Source: Candidatus Fimenecus sp.
Lineage (GTDB): Bacteria; Bacillota; Clostridia; Oscillospirales; Acutalibacteraceae
Reading direction: 5' to 3'
DNA length: 64,000 nt
Assembly (NCBI GenBank): GCA_045543095.1
Contig: JAZQMC010000001.1
Span: forward strand, 623-64,622
Within the stretch, counting starts at the first letter, position 1. Every line of letters begins with the position of its first letter. The notes under the pieces are model-generated. The model searched no databases and was not told where the DNA came from. It saw only the letters and a list, made by a program, of their open reading frames with translations. This document shows, piece after piece, positions 1 to 9,372 of this stretch. Made by a program: the position numbers and the translations under genes.

Positions 1-492
1 CATAACGTCGGTCATCCAAGCACAGAACGCAATAAAGAGGATGAGGAAAAGTCCGTGATTTTCATTGTAATTCTGTTCGGAAAAATGCTTGTGCACATCA
101 CGGAACCACATAAGTCTTGTAATTGCAAAGGGTACTCCCAACGAGCTGATTGCTACCGTTGCAATATGTGAAAACTTTGTTTTTTCATATTCAAACAACA
201 TAAAAATGCAAAGCGCAAGAATATAAAGGCAAACTAAATATTCAGCTTTGAAATTAAGCCCTACTCCTTGCAAAGCACCGCTATATTCATAATAAATCGG
301 AACAAGAGCAGATGCTACAAGACTTAAAACCATTACAGGCTTATTCTGTAATTTTACTGCGTGATTAAGCTCGTGAGTTGCAATAACACAAATTGCAGAC
401 AAGAAGAAAGCCAATAGCAAAGTGTTTCTTAAAATAATCATTGCTATGCCTATCCCAGTCCATAACAATCCAAAAACTATTCTTTTTCCCAT
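1..492 (-). CDS. cdsA: phosphatidate cytidylyltransferase, N-terminal 164 codons (gene runs off the window edge)
   Basis: Absent from the ORF track because there is no stop in the window. My translation from the ATG at 490-492 reads MGKRIVFGLLWTGIGIAMIILRNTLLL...LFLILFIAFCAWMTDVM, open to position 1. The profile is polytopic membrane. The start lies 1 nt after the uppS stop, and the order pyrH-frr-uppS-cdsA is conserved. Confidence 0.7.
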   Translation of the reverse strand, partial: MGKRIVFGLLWTGIGIAMIILRNTLLLAFFLSAICVIATHELNHAVKLQNKPVMVLSLVASALVPIYYEYSGALQGVGLNFKAEYLVCLYILALCIFMLFEYEKTKFSHIATVAISSLGVPFAITRLMWFRDVHKHFSEQNYNENHGLFLILFIAFCAWMTDVM

Positions 493-493
493 A

Positions 494-1228
494 TCAGACG
501 CCTCCGAATCTGCGATTTCTCTTTTCAAACTCTCGCAACGCCTCAATTAAATCTTTCTCTGTAAAATCAGGCCAGAGCACATCTGTAAAATACAATTCCG
601 CATAGGCTGACTGCCAAGTAAGGAAATTGGAGGTTCTGTACTCTCCGCTGGGTCTGATAATAAGGTCGGGGTCGGGAATATTCTTTGTATAAAGGTGAGC
701 ACTAATCATTTCTTCTGTGATTTCATCGGGTTTGATTTCACCGCTTGCCACCTTTTTAGCAACTTCCTGAACACCCTGTGTTATTTCGTGACGGCCGCCG
801 TAGTTAATAGCGATATTGAGAATAACCTTGTCTTTCTCACTACTCTGTGCTTCCGTATGCTCCATTAAAGCAAGGATATCCTCGGGAATCCCCTTGCGGT
901 CACCTATAAAACGAAGAGCAATTCCTTTTTCTTCGTTTTCTTCGTGACGTTCATCCGCTTCAATCAAATATTCACGGAAGAGTTGCATTATTGCATCAAC
1001 CTCTTCCTGAGGTCTTTTCCAGTTTTCAGTTGAAAAGGCATAGAAAGTCAGGCACTTAACCCCCACCTCTGCAGCAAATTCACCTATTCTGCGGAAGGTT
1101 TTAGCACCCTCAATATGACCTTTATATCTTGGCAGATTTCTCTGCTTTGCCCAACGACCGTTACCATCCATAATAATGCCGATATGTTGGGGTATTACTG
1201 AAAATTTTGGAATATTTTTATCAATCAT
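494..1228 (-). CDS. uppS: isoprenyl transferase / undecaprenyl-diphosphate synthase
   Basis: 244 aa with cis-prenyltransferase signatures HIGIIMDGNGRWA and RPSGEYRTSNFLTWQSAYAELYF. Confidence 0.95.
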   Translation of the reverse strand: MIDKNIPKFSVIPQHIGIIMDGNGRWAKQRNLPRYKGHIEGAKTFRRIGEFAAEVGVKCLTFYAFSTENWKRPQEEVDAIMQLFREYLIEADERHEENEEKGIALRFIGDRKGIPEDILALMEHTEAQSSEKDKVILNIAINYGGRHEITQGVQEVAKKVASGEIKPDEITEEMISAHLYTKNIPDPDLIIRPSGEYRTSNFLTWQSAYAELYFTDVLWPDFTEKDLIEALREFEKRNRRFGGV

Positions 1229-1276
1229 AGTCTTAAAATATGCAAATCGGGGCGGAATTATCCGCCCGCAATTTAC

Positions 1277-1831
1277 TTATATCTCCATAATTTCTTTTTC
1301 TTTTTTGTCGGCTACTGCATCAATTTCTTTGATAAATTCATCAGTAATCTTCTGAATTTTTGTTTCAGCGTTTTTCTGGTCATCCTCAGTAATTTCGCTG
1401 TTTTTCTTCATAGCCTTGATTTTGTCCATAGCATCGCGACGGATTGAACGGATAGCAACCTTTGATTCTTCAGCAGTTTTGCTTACATCTTTACAAAGTG
1501 CCTTTCTGCGTTCCTCTGTAAGTGGTGGGAAAGTAAGGCGGATAACTTTGCCGTCATTCATAGGAGTAATACCGATGTCAGAAGCCTGAATAGCCTTTGA
1601 AATAGGGTTGATTGTAGAAACGTCCCATGGCTGAATGATAAGAATTCTGCCTTCGCTTACTGAAACTGCAGCCATCTGCTGAATTGGTGTTGGAACACCG
1701 TAATAGTCAACAGAAATTTTATCGAGAATTGCAGGAGTTGCTCTGCCTGCACGCATACCTGCGAATTCCTTTTCAAGAGCCGCAACGGTCTTGTTCATTT
1801 TTTCTCTCATTGTATCAAAAACTGTATTCAT
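1277..1831 (-). CDS. frr: ribosome recycling factor
   Basis: 184 aa with a typical RRF sequence (LDKISVDYYG.PTP..Q.A......R.L.I.PWD). Lies between pyrH and uppS. Confidence 0.96.
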   Translation of the reverse strand: MNTVFDTMREKMNKTVAALEKEFAGMRAGRATPAILDKISVDYYGVPTPIQQMAAVSVSEGRILIIQPWDVSTINPISKAIQASDIGITPMNDGKVIRLTFPPLTEERRKALCKDVSKTAEESKVAIRSIRRDAMDKIKAMKKNSEITEDDQKNAETKIQKITDEFIKEIDAVADKKEKEIMEI

Positions 1832-1847
1832 AAATATATCTCCTTTG

Positions 1848-2564
1848 TTAATTCTTTTCAGAAACTACCACTGTGCCAACACTCTCACCCATAACTGCCT
1901 TAACCATATTCTGGGGTTGCTGAAGGTTGAAAACGAGAAGCGGAATATCGTTATCTCTGCAAAGTGATGCAGCAGTACTATCCATAACTGCAAGACCCTT
2001 GCTTAAAATATCCTGATGAGTAATAACATCATATTTAATAGCATCATCAAAACGGTTAGGGTCTTTATCATAAACGCCGTCAACATTAGTTGCCTTGAAG
2101 ATAATATCTGCATCAATTTCAGCAGCACGAAGAGCCGCCGCAGTATCAGTTGAGAAGAACGGGTTACCTGTTCCGCAACCGAAAATCACAACTCTGCCCT
2201 TTTCAAGATGACGCTTTGCACGATGGCTGATGTAAGGTTCGGCAATCTTATTCATTTCAATAGCGGTCTGAACTCTTACAATTACGCCCATCTGCTCAAG
2301 AGAATCGGCAAGAGCCAATGAATTCATAACTGTTGCAAGCATACCAATGTGGTCAGCACGAGTTCTGTCCATATCGCCACTACTGCGTCCACGCCAGAAA
2401 TTACCGCCGCCAACAACAATAGCAACCTCTGTGCCCAGCTCTGTCATTTCTTTAATTGCAGAACAAACGCTGTTGACAGTATCAAAATCAAAACCGTGCT
2501 TTTTATCGCCGGCAAGAACCTCACCGCTTACTTTCAAAAGCACTCTCTTATACTTAGGTTCCAT
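1848..2564 (-). CDS. pyrH: UMP kinase
   Basis: 238 aa. Amino-acid-kinase fold motifs [11 protein letters not shown] and [10 protein letters not shown]. Confidence 0.96.
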   Translation of the reverse strand: MEPKYKRVLLKVSGEVLAGDKKHGFDFDTVNSVCSAIKEMTELGTEVAIVVGGGNFWRGRSSGDMDRTRADHIGMLATVMNSLALADSLEQMGVIVRVQTAIEMNKIAEPYISHRAKRHLEKGRVVIFGCGTGNPFFSTDTAAALRAAEIDADIIFKATNVDGVYDKDPNRFDDAIKYDVITHQDILSKGLAVMDSTAASLCRDNDIPLLVFNLQQPQNMVKAVMGESVGTVVVSEKN

Positions 2565-2694
2565 AAATAAACACCTCCGCGGAAAGTCGCATTTCTACGC
2601 TTACCATATTTAGTATATTTTACATTATAATAGCTCTTATGTAAAGAGTATTTTTTAATAAAAAGTAATTATATGCTCTTATGCAAAGTGCATA

Positions 2695-2723
2695 TTGACT
2701 TAAATCGACAAAAGTTATATAAT
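2695..2723 (+). promoter_or_regulatory. sigmaA-type promoter TTGACT-17-TATAAT
   Basis: TTGACT at 2695-2700, a 17-nt spacer, TATAAT at 2718-2723. Sits about 65 nt upstream of the kinase start. Confidence 0.55.
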
Positions 2724-2790
2724 GAGTGTGGTTATTTTCTCTATGCTGGCATAAAGTCAGCTTTATTTTTACAACAATGAGGTGTTTCTT

Positions 2791-3900
2791 TTGTCAAATC
2801 ATCCTTTTGACTTGCAAAAAATCTGTGATGTTTTTTCTATTGGCGGAACATTTACAGGATACGAAAAGATTAACAATGGTCATGTTAACAGCACTTTCAC
2901 TTTAATCTTTGAAGAAAACGGGGATGTTAAAAAATATGTTCTTCAAAAGGTAAATACTGAAGCGTTCAAAAATCCCGAAGGACTTATGAATAACATTGTC
3001 GCAGTTACAAGCCATATTCGTAAAAAGAATGAGGAATTGAATATTCCTTGGGCAGACCGTGGTACACTCACTTTTCTTCCCTGCAAAAACGGGAAATACT
3101 ATTTCATTGATGAAAAGAATGATTGTTGGAGAGTGTATAAATACATAGATGATGTTTACACCTGCAACTCAATTAGCGATGAACAGGTTTTCTGTAATGC
3201 GGGTATTGCTTTTGGTGCATTCCAGAATCTTCTTTCAGATTTTGACGGCTCAACGCTCTTTGAAACTATTGAAAAATTCCACAACACTGTTTCACGCTTT
3301 GAAAACCTTAAAAAAGCTATCGAGGAAAACCGTTCAGGCAGACTTGACAATGTTAAGGACGAAATTGAGTTTGCATTAAGTCACGAAGCAGAAACTCATA
3401 TTCTTGTTGATTTGATTGATGAGGGTAAACTCCCCTTGCGAGTTACTCATAACGACACAAAACTTAACAATATTCTTTTTGACAATGTTTCAAACAAGGG
3501 TATCTGCATTATTGACCTTGATACTGTTATGCCCGGTCTTTCACTTTACGACTTTGGTGACAGCATCCGTTTTGGTGCAAATACAGCAGCTGAAGACGAG
3601 AAAGATGTTTCTAAAGTTTCATTAAGCCTTGAACTTTATGAGGCTTATGTAAAAGGTTATTTAAGCAGTGCAAAAGATGCACTCACTGACCTTGAAAAAG
3701 AACTTTTGCCATTCGGTGCAAAAATGATGACCTATGAATGCGGAATTCGTTTCCTTACCGACTATCTTAATGGCGACATTTATTTCCATACCGAATATCC
3801 CGAACACAACCTTGTTCGTACACGTACACAGTTTGCACTTGTTACTGATATGGAAAAGAAAATGGACAAGATGCTTGAAATCACAAAGAAATATTGCTGA
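2791..3900 (+). CDS. APH-fold sugar kinase, N-acetylhexosamine 1-kinase (NahK)-like phosphotransferase
   Basis: Brenner/APH catalytic motif HNDTKLNNILFD and DLDTVMPG...YDFGDSIRF. I prefer the TTG start at 2791, which is 8 nt after GAGG. The track's GTG at 2782 overlaps the SD. Confidence 0.7.
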   Translation: MSNHPFDLQKICDVFSIGGTFTGYEKINNGHVNSTFTLIFEENGDVKKYVLQKVNTEAFKNPEGLMNNIVAVTSHIRKKNEELNIPWADRGTLTFLPCKNGKYYFIDEKNDCWRVYKYIDDVYTCNSISDEQVFCNAGIAFGAFQNLLSDFDGSTLFETIEKFHNTVSRFENLKKAIEENRSGRLDNVKDEIEFALSHEAETHILVDLIDEGKLPLRVTHNDTKLNNILFDNVSNKGICIIDLDTVMPGLSLYDFGDSIRFGANTAAEDEKDVSKVSLSLELYEAYVKGYLSSAKDALTDLEKELLPFGAKMMTYECGIRFLTDYLNGDIYFHTEYPEHNLVRTRTQFALVTDMEKKMDKMLEITKKYC

Positions 3901-3912
3901 TTATAAAGTGTA

Positions 3913-3952
3913 AAAGGACTTAACCCAAAGCGGTTAAGTCCTTTATTTTTTT
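3913..3952. terminator. bidirectional intrinsic terminator
   Basis: 13-bp stem AAAGGACTTAACC/GGTTAAGTCCTTT flanked by A and T runs, between convergent genes. Confidence 0.7.
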
Positions 3953-3953
3953 A

Positions 3954-5021
3954 CTATTCGGGAATATAAGTGTATGTTTTGAAGCCGTCTGAATAGCGTT
4001 GCTCACCGTCGGGCATAACCCACATAGCCTCAACATTATCCATTGATTTTATTAGTTCCAAGCCCTCTTCGTAATCCATAAGGAACAAAGCGGTGGACAT
4101 TGCATCGCCAAGTCCCGAATCATCGGTAAGAACCGAAACTGAACGGTATTTTGTGCCGGGCATTAAAGTTTGCGGGTCAATGATATGATGATAATTTTCG
4201 CCGTTAACCACATAAAAACGCTGATAAGTTCCACTTGTTACAAGGCTTTCACCCTGCAGATGCAAGAACTCAATATAGGGCTTTTCTTCATTTGCGGTAT
4301 CGGGATTTTCAATGCCCACATTCCAAGGCTTTTCGCCTGTATCCCCTATTGTGCGTACATTTCCGCCAAGATTCAGAAGATAACCTGTAATTCCCTTTTC
4401 TTCAAGGTATTCTGCAATTTTTTCTGCAGCATAGCCCTTGGCAACTGCACCAACATCGAGTGTCATTTCAGGGTCAGCAAGATAAACGGTGTTATTTTCG
4501 TCATCAATTATGAGATTATTTATATCTGTGTGCTGTGATGCCTCTTGTAATTTTTCCATTGGGGGTAATTGGGCATTTGACGGGTCATCAAGCCCCTCAT
4601 TACGATAAATGTGCCATATTTTAAGCACGCTACCCATTGCGATATTTACACTACCGTTGGTTTTTACATACATTTCCTTGGCAAAGGTAAGCATATCGAT
4701 TATTTTCTCGTCAACAGTTACTTCGGTGTGCTTGCCGTCAACAAGGTCATTGATTGTTACAAGGTTGTTAAGCCCATCATAACGATTATAAATAGTAAAA
4801 AGACGGTGGTACTCCAAAAGCAATGCTTTAATTTCTTCACAAACTGCTTTGAAATCTTCTTCGGTTTCTTCATAGCCGATTATTGTAGTGGCAGTGTCGA
4901 AATAATCGAAGTAATATTCACTGAATTTATTAAGTTTTGGTTTTTTATCGCAACCTGCAAGACTGAAAGTCTGTACAAGCAATAATGAAACTATTAAAAA
5001 CAAAGAAATTGCTTTTTTCAT
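3954..5021 (-). CDS. apbE: FAD:protein FMN transferase (ApbE family) lipoprotein
   Basis: 355 aa with lipobox LAGC and ApbE-like motifs (DVGAVAKGYA, NLGGNVR, SVVTSGTYQR-like). Confidence 0.88.
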   Translation of the reverse strand: MKKAISLFLIVSLLLVQTFSLAGCDKKPKLNKFSEYYFDYFDTATTIIGYEETEEDFKAVCEEIKALLLEYHRLFTIYNRYDGLNNLVTINDLVDGKHTEVTVDEKIIDMLTFAKEMYVKTNGSVNIAMGSVLKIWHIYRNEGLDDPSNAQLPPMEKLQEASQHTDINNLIIDDENNTVYLADPEMTLDVGAVAKGYAAEKIAEYLEEKGITGYLLNLGGNVRTIGDTGEKPWNVGIENPDTANEEKPYIEFLHLQGESLVTSGTYQRFYVVNGENYHHIIDPQTLMPGTKYRSVSVLTDDSGLGDAMSTALFLMDYEEGLELIKSMDNVEAMWVMPDGEQRYSDGFKTYTYIPE

Positions 5022-5113
5022 ATCAACACGTCCGTTACAAAGGGTCGTCGACCCCTACTATAATAAAAAGGGATGCTGTTTTCACAACATCCCCGAATTT
5101 TTAATTAACCGAA

Positions 5114-6163
5114 TTATGCTTTTGCAGCAGCTTCAGCAGCTTTTACCATATCACTTACTGCCATTGTGCAGCCTGCTGTCTGAAGGTCAGCTGAGCCGTA
5201 GCCGTTTTCTGCAACAAGAGCTACGATTTCAGCAGCTGTCTTGCCAACGAGAGCCTTGTCAAATTCAGCAGCCTGTGCATACCACTCAAGAACCTTGCCG
5301 TCGCCGTTGAGGTCCATACCGTAATTGAGAGCAGCAGCCATACCGTAAGCATCGCCCTGTTCAAGCTTTGACTTAACTTCTGCCTTTGTATCAACAGTAG
5401 CTTCGCCCTTAGCGTTGAATGTAATCTTACCCTGTGTGCAGTCTGTCTTAGAAACTACAACTTTACCGTCTGCATCTGTAACAGCAGCAACAATTGTTGT
5501 GTCAACCTGATTAAGACCATCTGCTTCTTCAGTAGCATCTTTATTATCGTGAGATGCTGATGTTACAAGAGCAACCTTGAGTTTGTTTTCAGCAGTAGCT
5601 GTTGATTCAGCAGCACTGTTAACTGCCTTTTCAAGAGCTGCAACGAAATCTGTTACGTGGATTGTGCAACCTGCTGTTGCAAGGTCACCTGTTGTGTAAC
5701 CGTCTTCTGTCATATAAGCCTTAACTTCTGCAAGTGTCTTGCCCTTTGCTGTGTTCATAAATGCGTCAGCCTGTTCGTTCCATTCAAGAACTTTACCGTC
5801 GCCGTTCTTATCCTGACTTGCACCGAACTCAGCCATGTGATAGTCTGTGCCCTTGTCATACTTTGTTCTGAAGTCTTCAACTGCAACAACCTTGCCCTCT
5901 GAAGTCCATGTGGGCTTAATCTGAGCAGTATCGAGGTCGATAGCAACGATTTTGCCGTCCTTGTCAAGAAGAACTGCAACTGCTGTTGTGTTGAATTCAC
6001 CTTCACCGTTTGTTTCGCCGTCAGCGTTCTTTGCAGCACCATAGTTTGCTACAACGCCAAGACCGAATTTAAGAGCTTCTGCTTCTTTTTTGCCGCAACC
6101 TGCAAGAGCAACAACTGCGAAGAGCATTACTACTGCAAGAGCTATGCTGAGAATCTTTTTCAT
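5114..6163 (-). CDS. lipoprotein with two tandem FMN_bind-like repeats (candidate ApbE substrate)
   Basis: Signal peptide plus lipobox LAGC (Cys23). Two repeats of about 165 aa each end in GDGKVLEW...GKT.AE...DL.TAGCT(I/M).V.D.V.A.E.A, which resembles the FMN_bind C-terminal segment. Confidence 0.7.
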   Translation of the reverse strand: MKKILSIALAVVMLFAVVALAGCGKKEAEALKFGLGVVANYGAAKNADGETNGEGEFNTTAVAVLLDKDGKIVAIDLDTAQIKPTWTSEGKVVAVEDFRTKYDKGTDYHMAEFGASQDKNGDGKVLEWNEQADAFMNTAKGKTLAEVKAYMTEDGYTTGDLATAGCTIHVTDFVAALEKAVNSAAESTATAENKLKVALVTSASHDNKDATEEADGLNQVDTTIVAAVTDADGKVVVSKTDCTQGKITFNAKGEATVDTKAEVKSKLEQGDAYGMAAALNYGMDLNGDGKVLEWYAQAAEFDKALVGKTAAEIVALVAENGYGSADLQTAGCTMAVSDMVKAAEAAAKA

Positions 6164-6241
6164 AGTGAATTTCTCCTTTTAATAATTCTTTTTCATAAAA
6201 TGGGGTTATATGCCCACAAATTTACAAATAAATTATTGCAT

Positions 6242-6280
6242 AAAAAAGCCCATTTGTCAACACAACGTTGATAAATAGGC
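6242..6280 (-). terminator. intrinsic terminator after the Gx-transporter gene
   Basis: 14-bp stem GCCTATTTATCAAC/GTTGACAAATGGGC followed by a T-run on the minus strand. Confidence 0.6.
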
Positions 6281-6304
6281 ATACAAAAAACTATTACATT
6301 TTTG

Positions 6305-6814
6305 TTACATTTTAACCTTGTCAAGACGTTTAAGAAGCAATGAACCCGCAATCCCTATAAACACACCTGCAATTGTGCCCGTGATTGCAAGAACAATCAT
6401 ATAATAGCCCAATTGAGTTGTATCAAACAGTGCGATTGCAACTAAAATCTGCCCCAAATTATGACTTATTCCGCCCACAATACTTACACCAACTGTTGAA
6501 AAGAGGTTGAGTTTTTTGCAGATTGTCATAAGAACAAGGCTTAAAGATGCACCCACAACGCTGTAAATGAGCATCATTCCGCTTCCGAAAAGCAAAAAAG
6601 AGGAAAAAAGAACTCTGATAAGAGAAACTATTGCCGCCTCTTTCACGCCTAACTTATAAAGCAGAATAATAATTATTATATTCGGAAGTCCCATCTTTAT
6701 GCCGGGCACAGCCGTCCAGATTGGCGGAAGCTGTGACTCAACATAGGACAAAACCAACGCTAAAGCAGTAAAAACACCCAAAAACGCAAGTTTTGTTACT
6801 TGATTCTTTTTCAT
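6305..6814 (-). CDS. Gx transporter family membrane protein (Hpre_diP_synt_I-like)
   Basis: 169 aa with about 5 TM segments. The family is recognised by sequence style and by its usual pairing with a NusG-II protein. Confidence 0.7.
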   Translation of the reverse strand: MKKNQVTKLAFLGVFTALALVLSYVESQLPPIWTAVPGIKMGLPNIIIIILLYKLGVKEAAIVSLIRVLFSSFLLFGSGMMLIYSVVGASLSLVLMTICKKLNLFSTVGVSIVGGISHNLGQILVAIALFDTTQLGYYMIVLAITGTIAGVFIGIAGSLLLKRLDKVKM

Positions 6815-6823
6815 AATAATCGC

Positions 6824-7240
6824 CTATACTACAACATCAATCTCGCTATCTGTATTCTCTGCCACAATTTCGATAACAACCTTATGTGGCAAACACACAA
6901 TAGTTTCGCCCACATACTGTGCGGCACGGGTTTCGGCACATATACCGTCGGGGCAATTAGCCTCTCTTATATAAGCCTTGCCGTCTTTTATTGTGAGAAC
7001 ATTAATATGCTCATTATTTTCACCTGTGGTGATTGTTACCTCTGTATTGACAGAAAGCGGATAAACTGCGGTCTGTTCACCGTTTATATTTACGGCTACC
7101 GATGAGCCTACCTCTTTGTTAAGCCCGAAAAACAAAAGTCCTGCCGCCGCTATAACCATTATAACGGCGACAAGGATAATATCATTACGGATTTTACGCT
7201 TTTTGTCAGAAGTAACATTCTTTACTTCTTTATTACTCAT
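6824..7240 (-). CDS. NusG domain II-containing membrane-anchored protein
   Basis: 138 aa with an N-terminal TM segment and the motif CPDGIC...G..IVCLPHKVVIEI. Its start overlaps the rnfB stop by 4 nt (ATGA). Confidence 0.75.
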   Translation of the reverse strand: MSNKEVKNVTSDKKRKIRNDIILVAVIMVIAAAGLLFFGLNKEVGSSVAVNINGEQTAVYPLSVNTEVTITTGENNEHINVLTIKDGKAYIREANCPDGICAETRAAQYVGETIVCLPHKVVIEIVAENTDSEIDVVV

Positions 7241-8043
7241 ATTTTTCCGTTGACCATATCAACAATCTTAAGACGACCTGTAGGACAAACTGCCGCACAC
7301 TCGCCACAGTCATTACACTTATCATAATCAATAACCGCAAGATTATCAACAACTTTGATTGCATCGTGCTGACAAGTTTTTTCACACTTTTTACAGCCAA
7401 TACAAGCATTCATACAATTTTTGCGTGCAACTGCTCCCTTTTCTTTGTTACTGCAAGCTACAGCAACTACAACATCCTCACCAACAAGAGAAATTACACC
7501 CTTTGGACAAGTTTTGACACATTTTCCGCAAGCAATACATTCTCTTGGGTCGATATGAGCAAGGTCATCAAAGACATAAATTGCACCAACAGGACATACA
7601 GCTGCACAGTCACCGCAACCGATACAGCCGTATTTGCACTGTGAAGGGCCGCCATAAAGCATTGACGCTGCTTCACAAGACTGAATTCCGTCATAAATCA
7701 CATTATAATTTACCGCAGAGCAGTCACCACTACAGTTAACATAGGCTACCTTAGGCTTGTCAACCTTAACCGTAACGCCGAGAATTTCTGAAAGCTGACC
7801 GGCAACATCGGGACCGCCGGGAATACAAAGATTTGCCTCTGCCTTGCCCTCTGCCACTGCCTCGGCATAAGCGTCACAACCTGCGTAACCGCAAGCACCA
7901 CAGTTAGCACCGGGAAGGCACTCACGAACTGCTTTTACTTTTTCATTTTCGGGAACTGCAAAGAAATGAGAAGCCAATGCAAGCATAATGCCTGCAATAA
8001 GACCAACCGCTGCCACTACAAGAAGAGCTGTTAAAATTTCCAT
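7237..8043 (-). CDS. rnfB: Rnf complex subunit B (Fe-S)
   Basis: 268 aa with an N-terminal TM segment and several CxxCxxCxxxCP ferredoxin motifs. Confidence 0.9.
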   Translation of the reverse strand: MEILTALLVVAAVGLIAGIMLALASHFFAVPENEKVKAVRECLPGANCGACGYAGCDAYAEAVAEGKAEANLCIPGGPDVAGQLSEILGVTVKVDKPKVAYVNCSGDCSAVNYNVIYDGIQSCEAASMLYGGPSQCKYGCIGCGDCAAVCPVGAIYVFDDLAHIDPRECIACGKCVKTCPKGVISLVGEDVVVAVACSNKEKGAVARKNCMNACIGCKKCEKTCQHDAIKVVDNLAVIDYDKCNDCGECAAVCPTGRLKIVDMVNGKI

Positions 8044-8058
8044 AATTCACACTCCTCC

Positions 8059-8673
8059 TTATGCAAGTAAGTTTTCAACGATTCCGGCAAAGCCGAAGAA
8101 TGCCATTGAAATAAACGATGCAGCTACAAGTGTTACAGGAAGTCCTTTGAAACTCTCAGGAACATCACTCTCTTCAATGCGTGAACGCATACCTGAGAAG
8201 AGCACCATTGCAAGAAGGAATCCAAGACCACAACCGAGTGAACTTACAATTGAGAAAAGGAACGCGTTAGGTTCTGTTACACCGTAGTCTGTAATATTGT
8301 TGATTGTTACGCCGAGAACTGCACAGTTTGTTGTGATAAGCGGAAGGTAAACACCAAGGCTCTTATGAAGTGCAGGGATATATTTCTTTAAGAAAATTTC
8401 AATAAACTGAACAAGTGCCGCAATAACAAGAATGAATACGATAGTCTGCATATAGCCCATATTAAGAGGCTCAAGAATGTAGGCTTGAATCGGCCATGTT
8501 ACTGCAGTTGCAACAAGCATAACAAAGATAACTGAAAGGCCCATACCAACTGACTGATTAACTTTCTTTGAAACGCCAAGGAATGGGCAGATACCTAAGA
8601 ATCTGCTTAAAACATAGTTGTCAACAAGTACAGAGGACATAATAATGATGATTAAGGTTTTTACCATTTCCAT
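8059..8673 (-). CDS. rnfA: Rnf complex subunit A
   Basis: 204 aa polytopic protein, RnfA/NqrE-like (LPLITTNCAVLG). Confidence 0.92.
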   Translation of the reverse strand: MEMVKTLIIIIMSSVLVDNYVLSRFLGICPFLGVSKKVNQSVGMGLSVIFVMLVATAVTWPIQAYILEPLNMGYMQTIVFILVIAALVQFIEIFLKKYIPALHKSLGVYLPLITTNCAVLGVTINNITDYGVTEPNAFLFSIVSSLGCGLGFLLAMVLFSGMRSRIEESDVPESFKGLPVTLVAASFISMAFFGFAGIVENLLA

Positions 8674-9372
8674 TTATTTGCCCTCCTTTTCTGTTGAACA
8701 TCCACCGTGACAGCTTGATGCTGACGGACATCCTGCACAAGAGAATTCTTTTTTCTTGATGAGCTTACCCTTTGTAATCTTATTAACTATGGCAATGAGA
8801 AGACCATAAACCATAAGACCGCCGGGAGCTTTTGCAAGAACGCTGATTGTTAAACCGTTTTCTACAAGGAACGGAATTTCGTTGCCTGCAAATGAACCTG
8901 CACCGATAACTTCACGGATTGTTGACATTGCGAGAAGTGCAATTGTGAAGCCGATACCCATTCCTATACCATCAAGTGCTGACTTGCCGATTGAGTTTTT
9001 ACCAGCAAACATTTCTGCACGACCTAAGATAATACAGTTAACAGTAATGAGTGCCAAGTAAACGCCCAAGGTTTCGTATAAATCAGGAATAAACGCTTGA
9101 ATAAGCATTTGAACTATTGTAACGAAGCCTGCAATAACAACTATGTAGCAAGGAATTCGTACTGTTTCGGGAATGAATTTGCGAAGTGCTGAAATAACAA
9201 TATTTGAGCAGATTAAAACTGCCATTGTTGCAAGGCCCATACCGAATGCCCCGTCAACCGTTGTTGTGGTTGCAAGTGTGGGGCAAGTACCGAGAATAAG
9301 AACAAAAACGGGATTTTCACGGAGAAGACCTTTTAAGAGAATTGACATATTGTTTTCTTTACTCATAATCAA
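8674..9372 (-). CDS. rnfE: Rnf complex subunit E
   Basis: 232 aa, RnfE/NqrD-like (LALITVNCIILGRAE). Cys-rich C-terminal tail. Confidence 0.92.
   Translation of the reverse strand: MIMSKENNMSILLKGLLRENPVFVLILGTCPTLATTTTVDGAFGMGLATMAVLICSNIVISALRKFIPETVRIPCYIVVIAGFVTIVQMLIQAFIPDLYETLGVYLALITVNCIILGRAEMFAGKNSIGKSALDGIGMGIGFTIALLAMSTIREVIGAGSFAGNEIPFLVENGLTISVLAKAPGGLMVYGLLIAIVNKITKGKLIKKKEFSCAGCPSASSCHGGCSTEKEGK

Noticed and set aside
2347-2613. 88-aa and 73-aa plus-strand ORFs over the pyrH 5' region
   Set aside because: They are antisense to the strongly supported pyrH CDS and have no translation signals.
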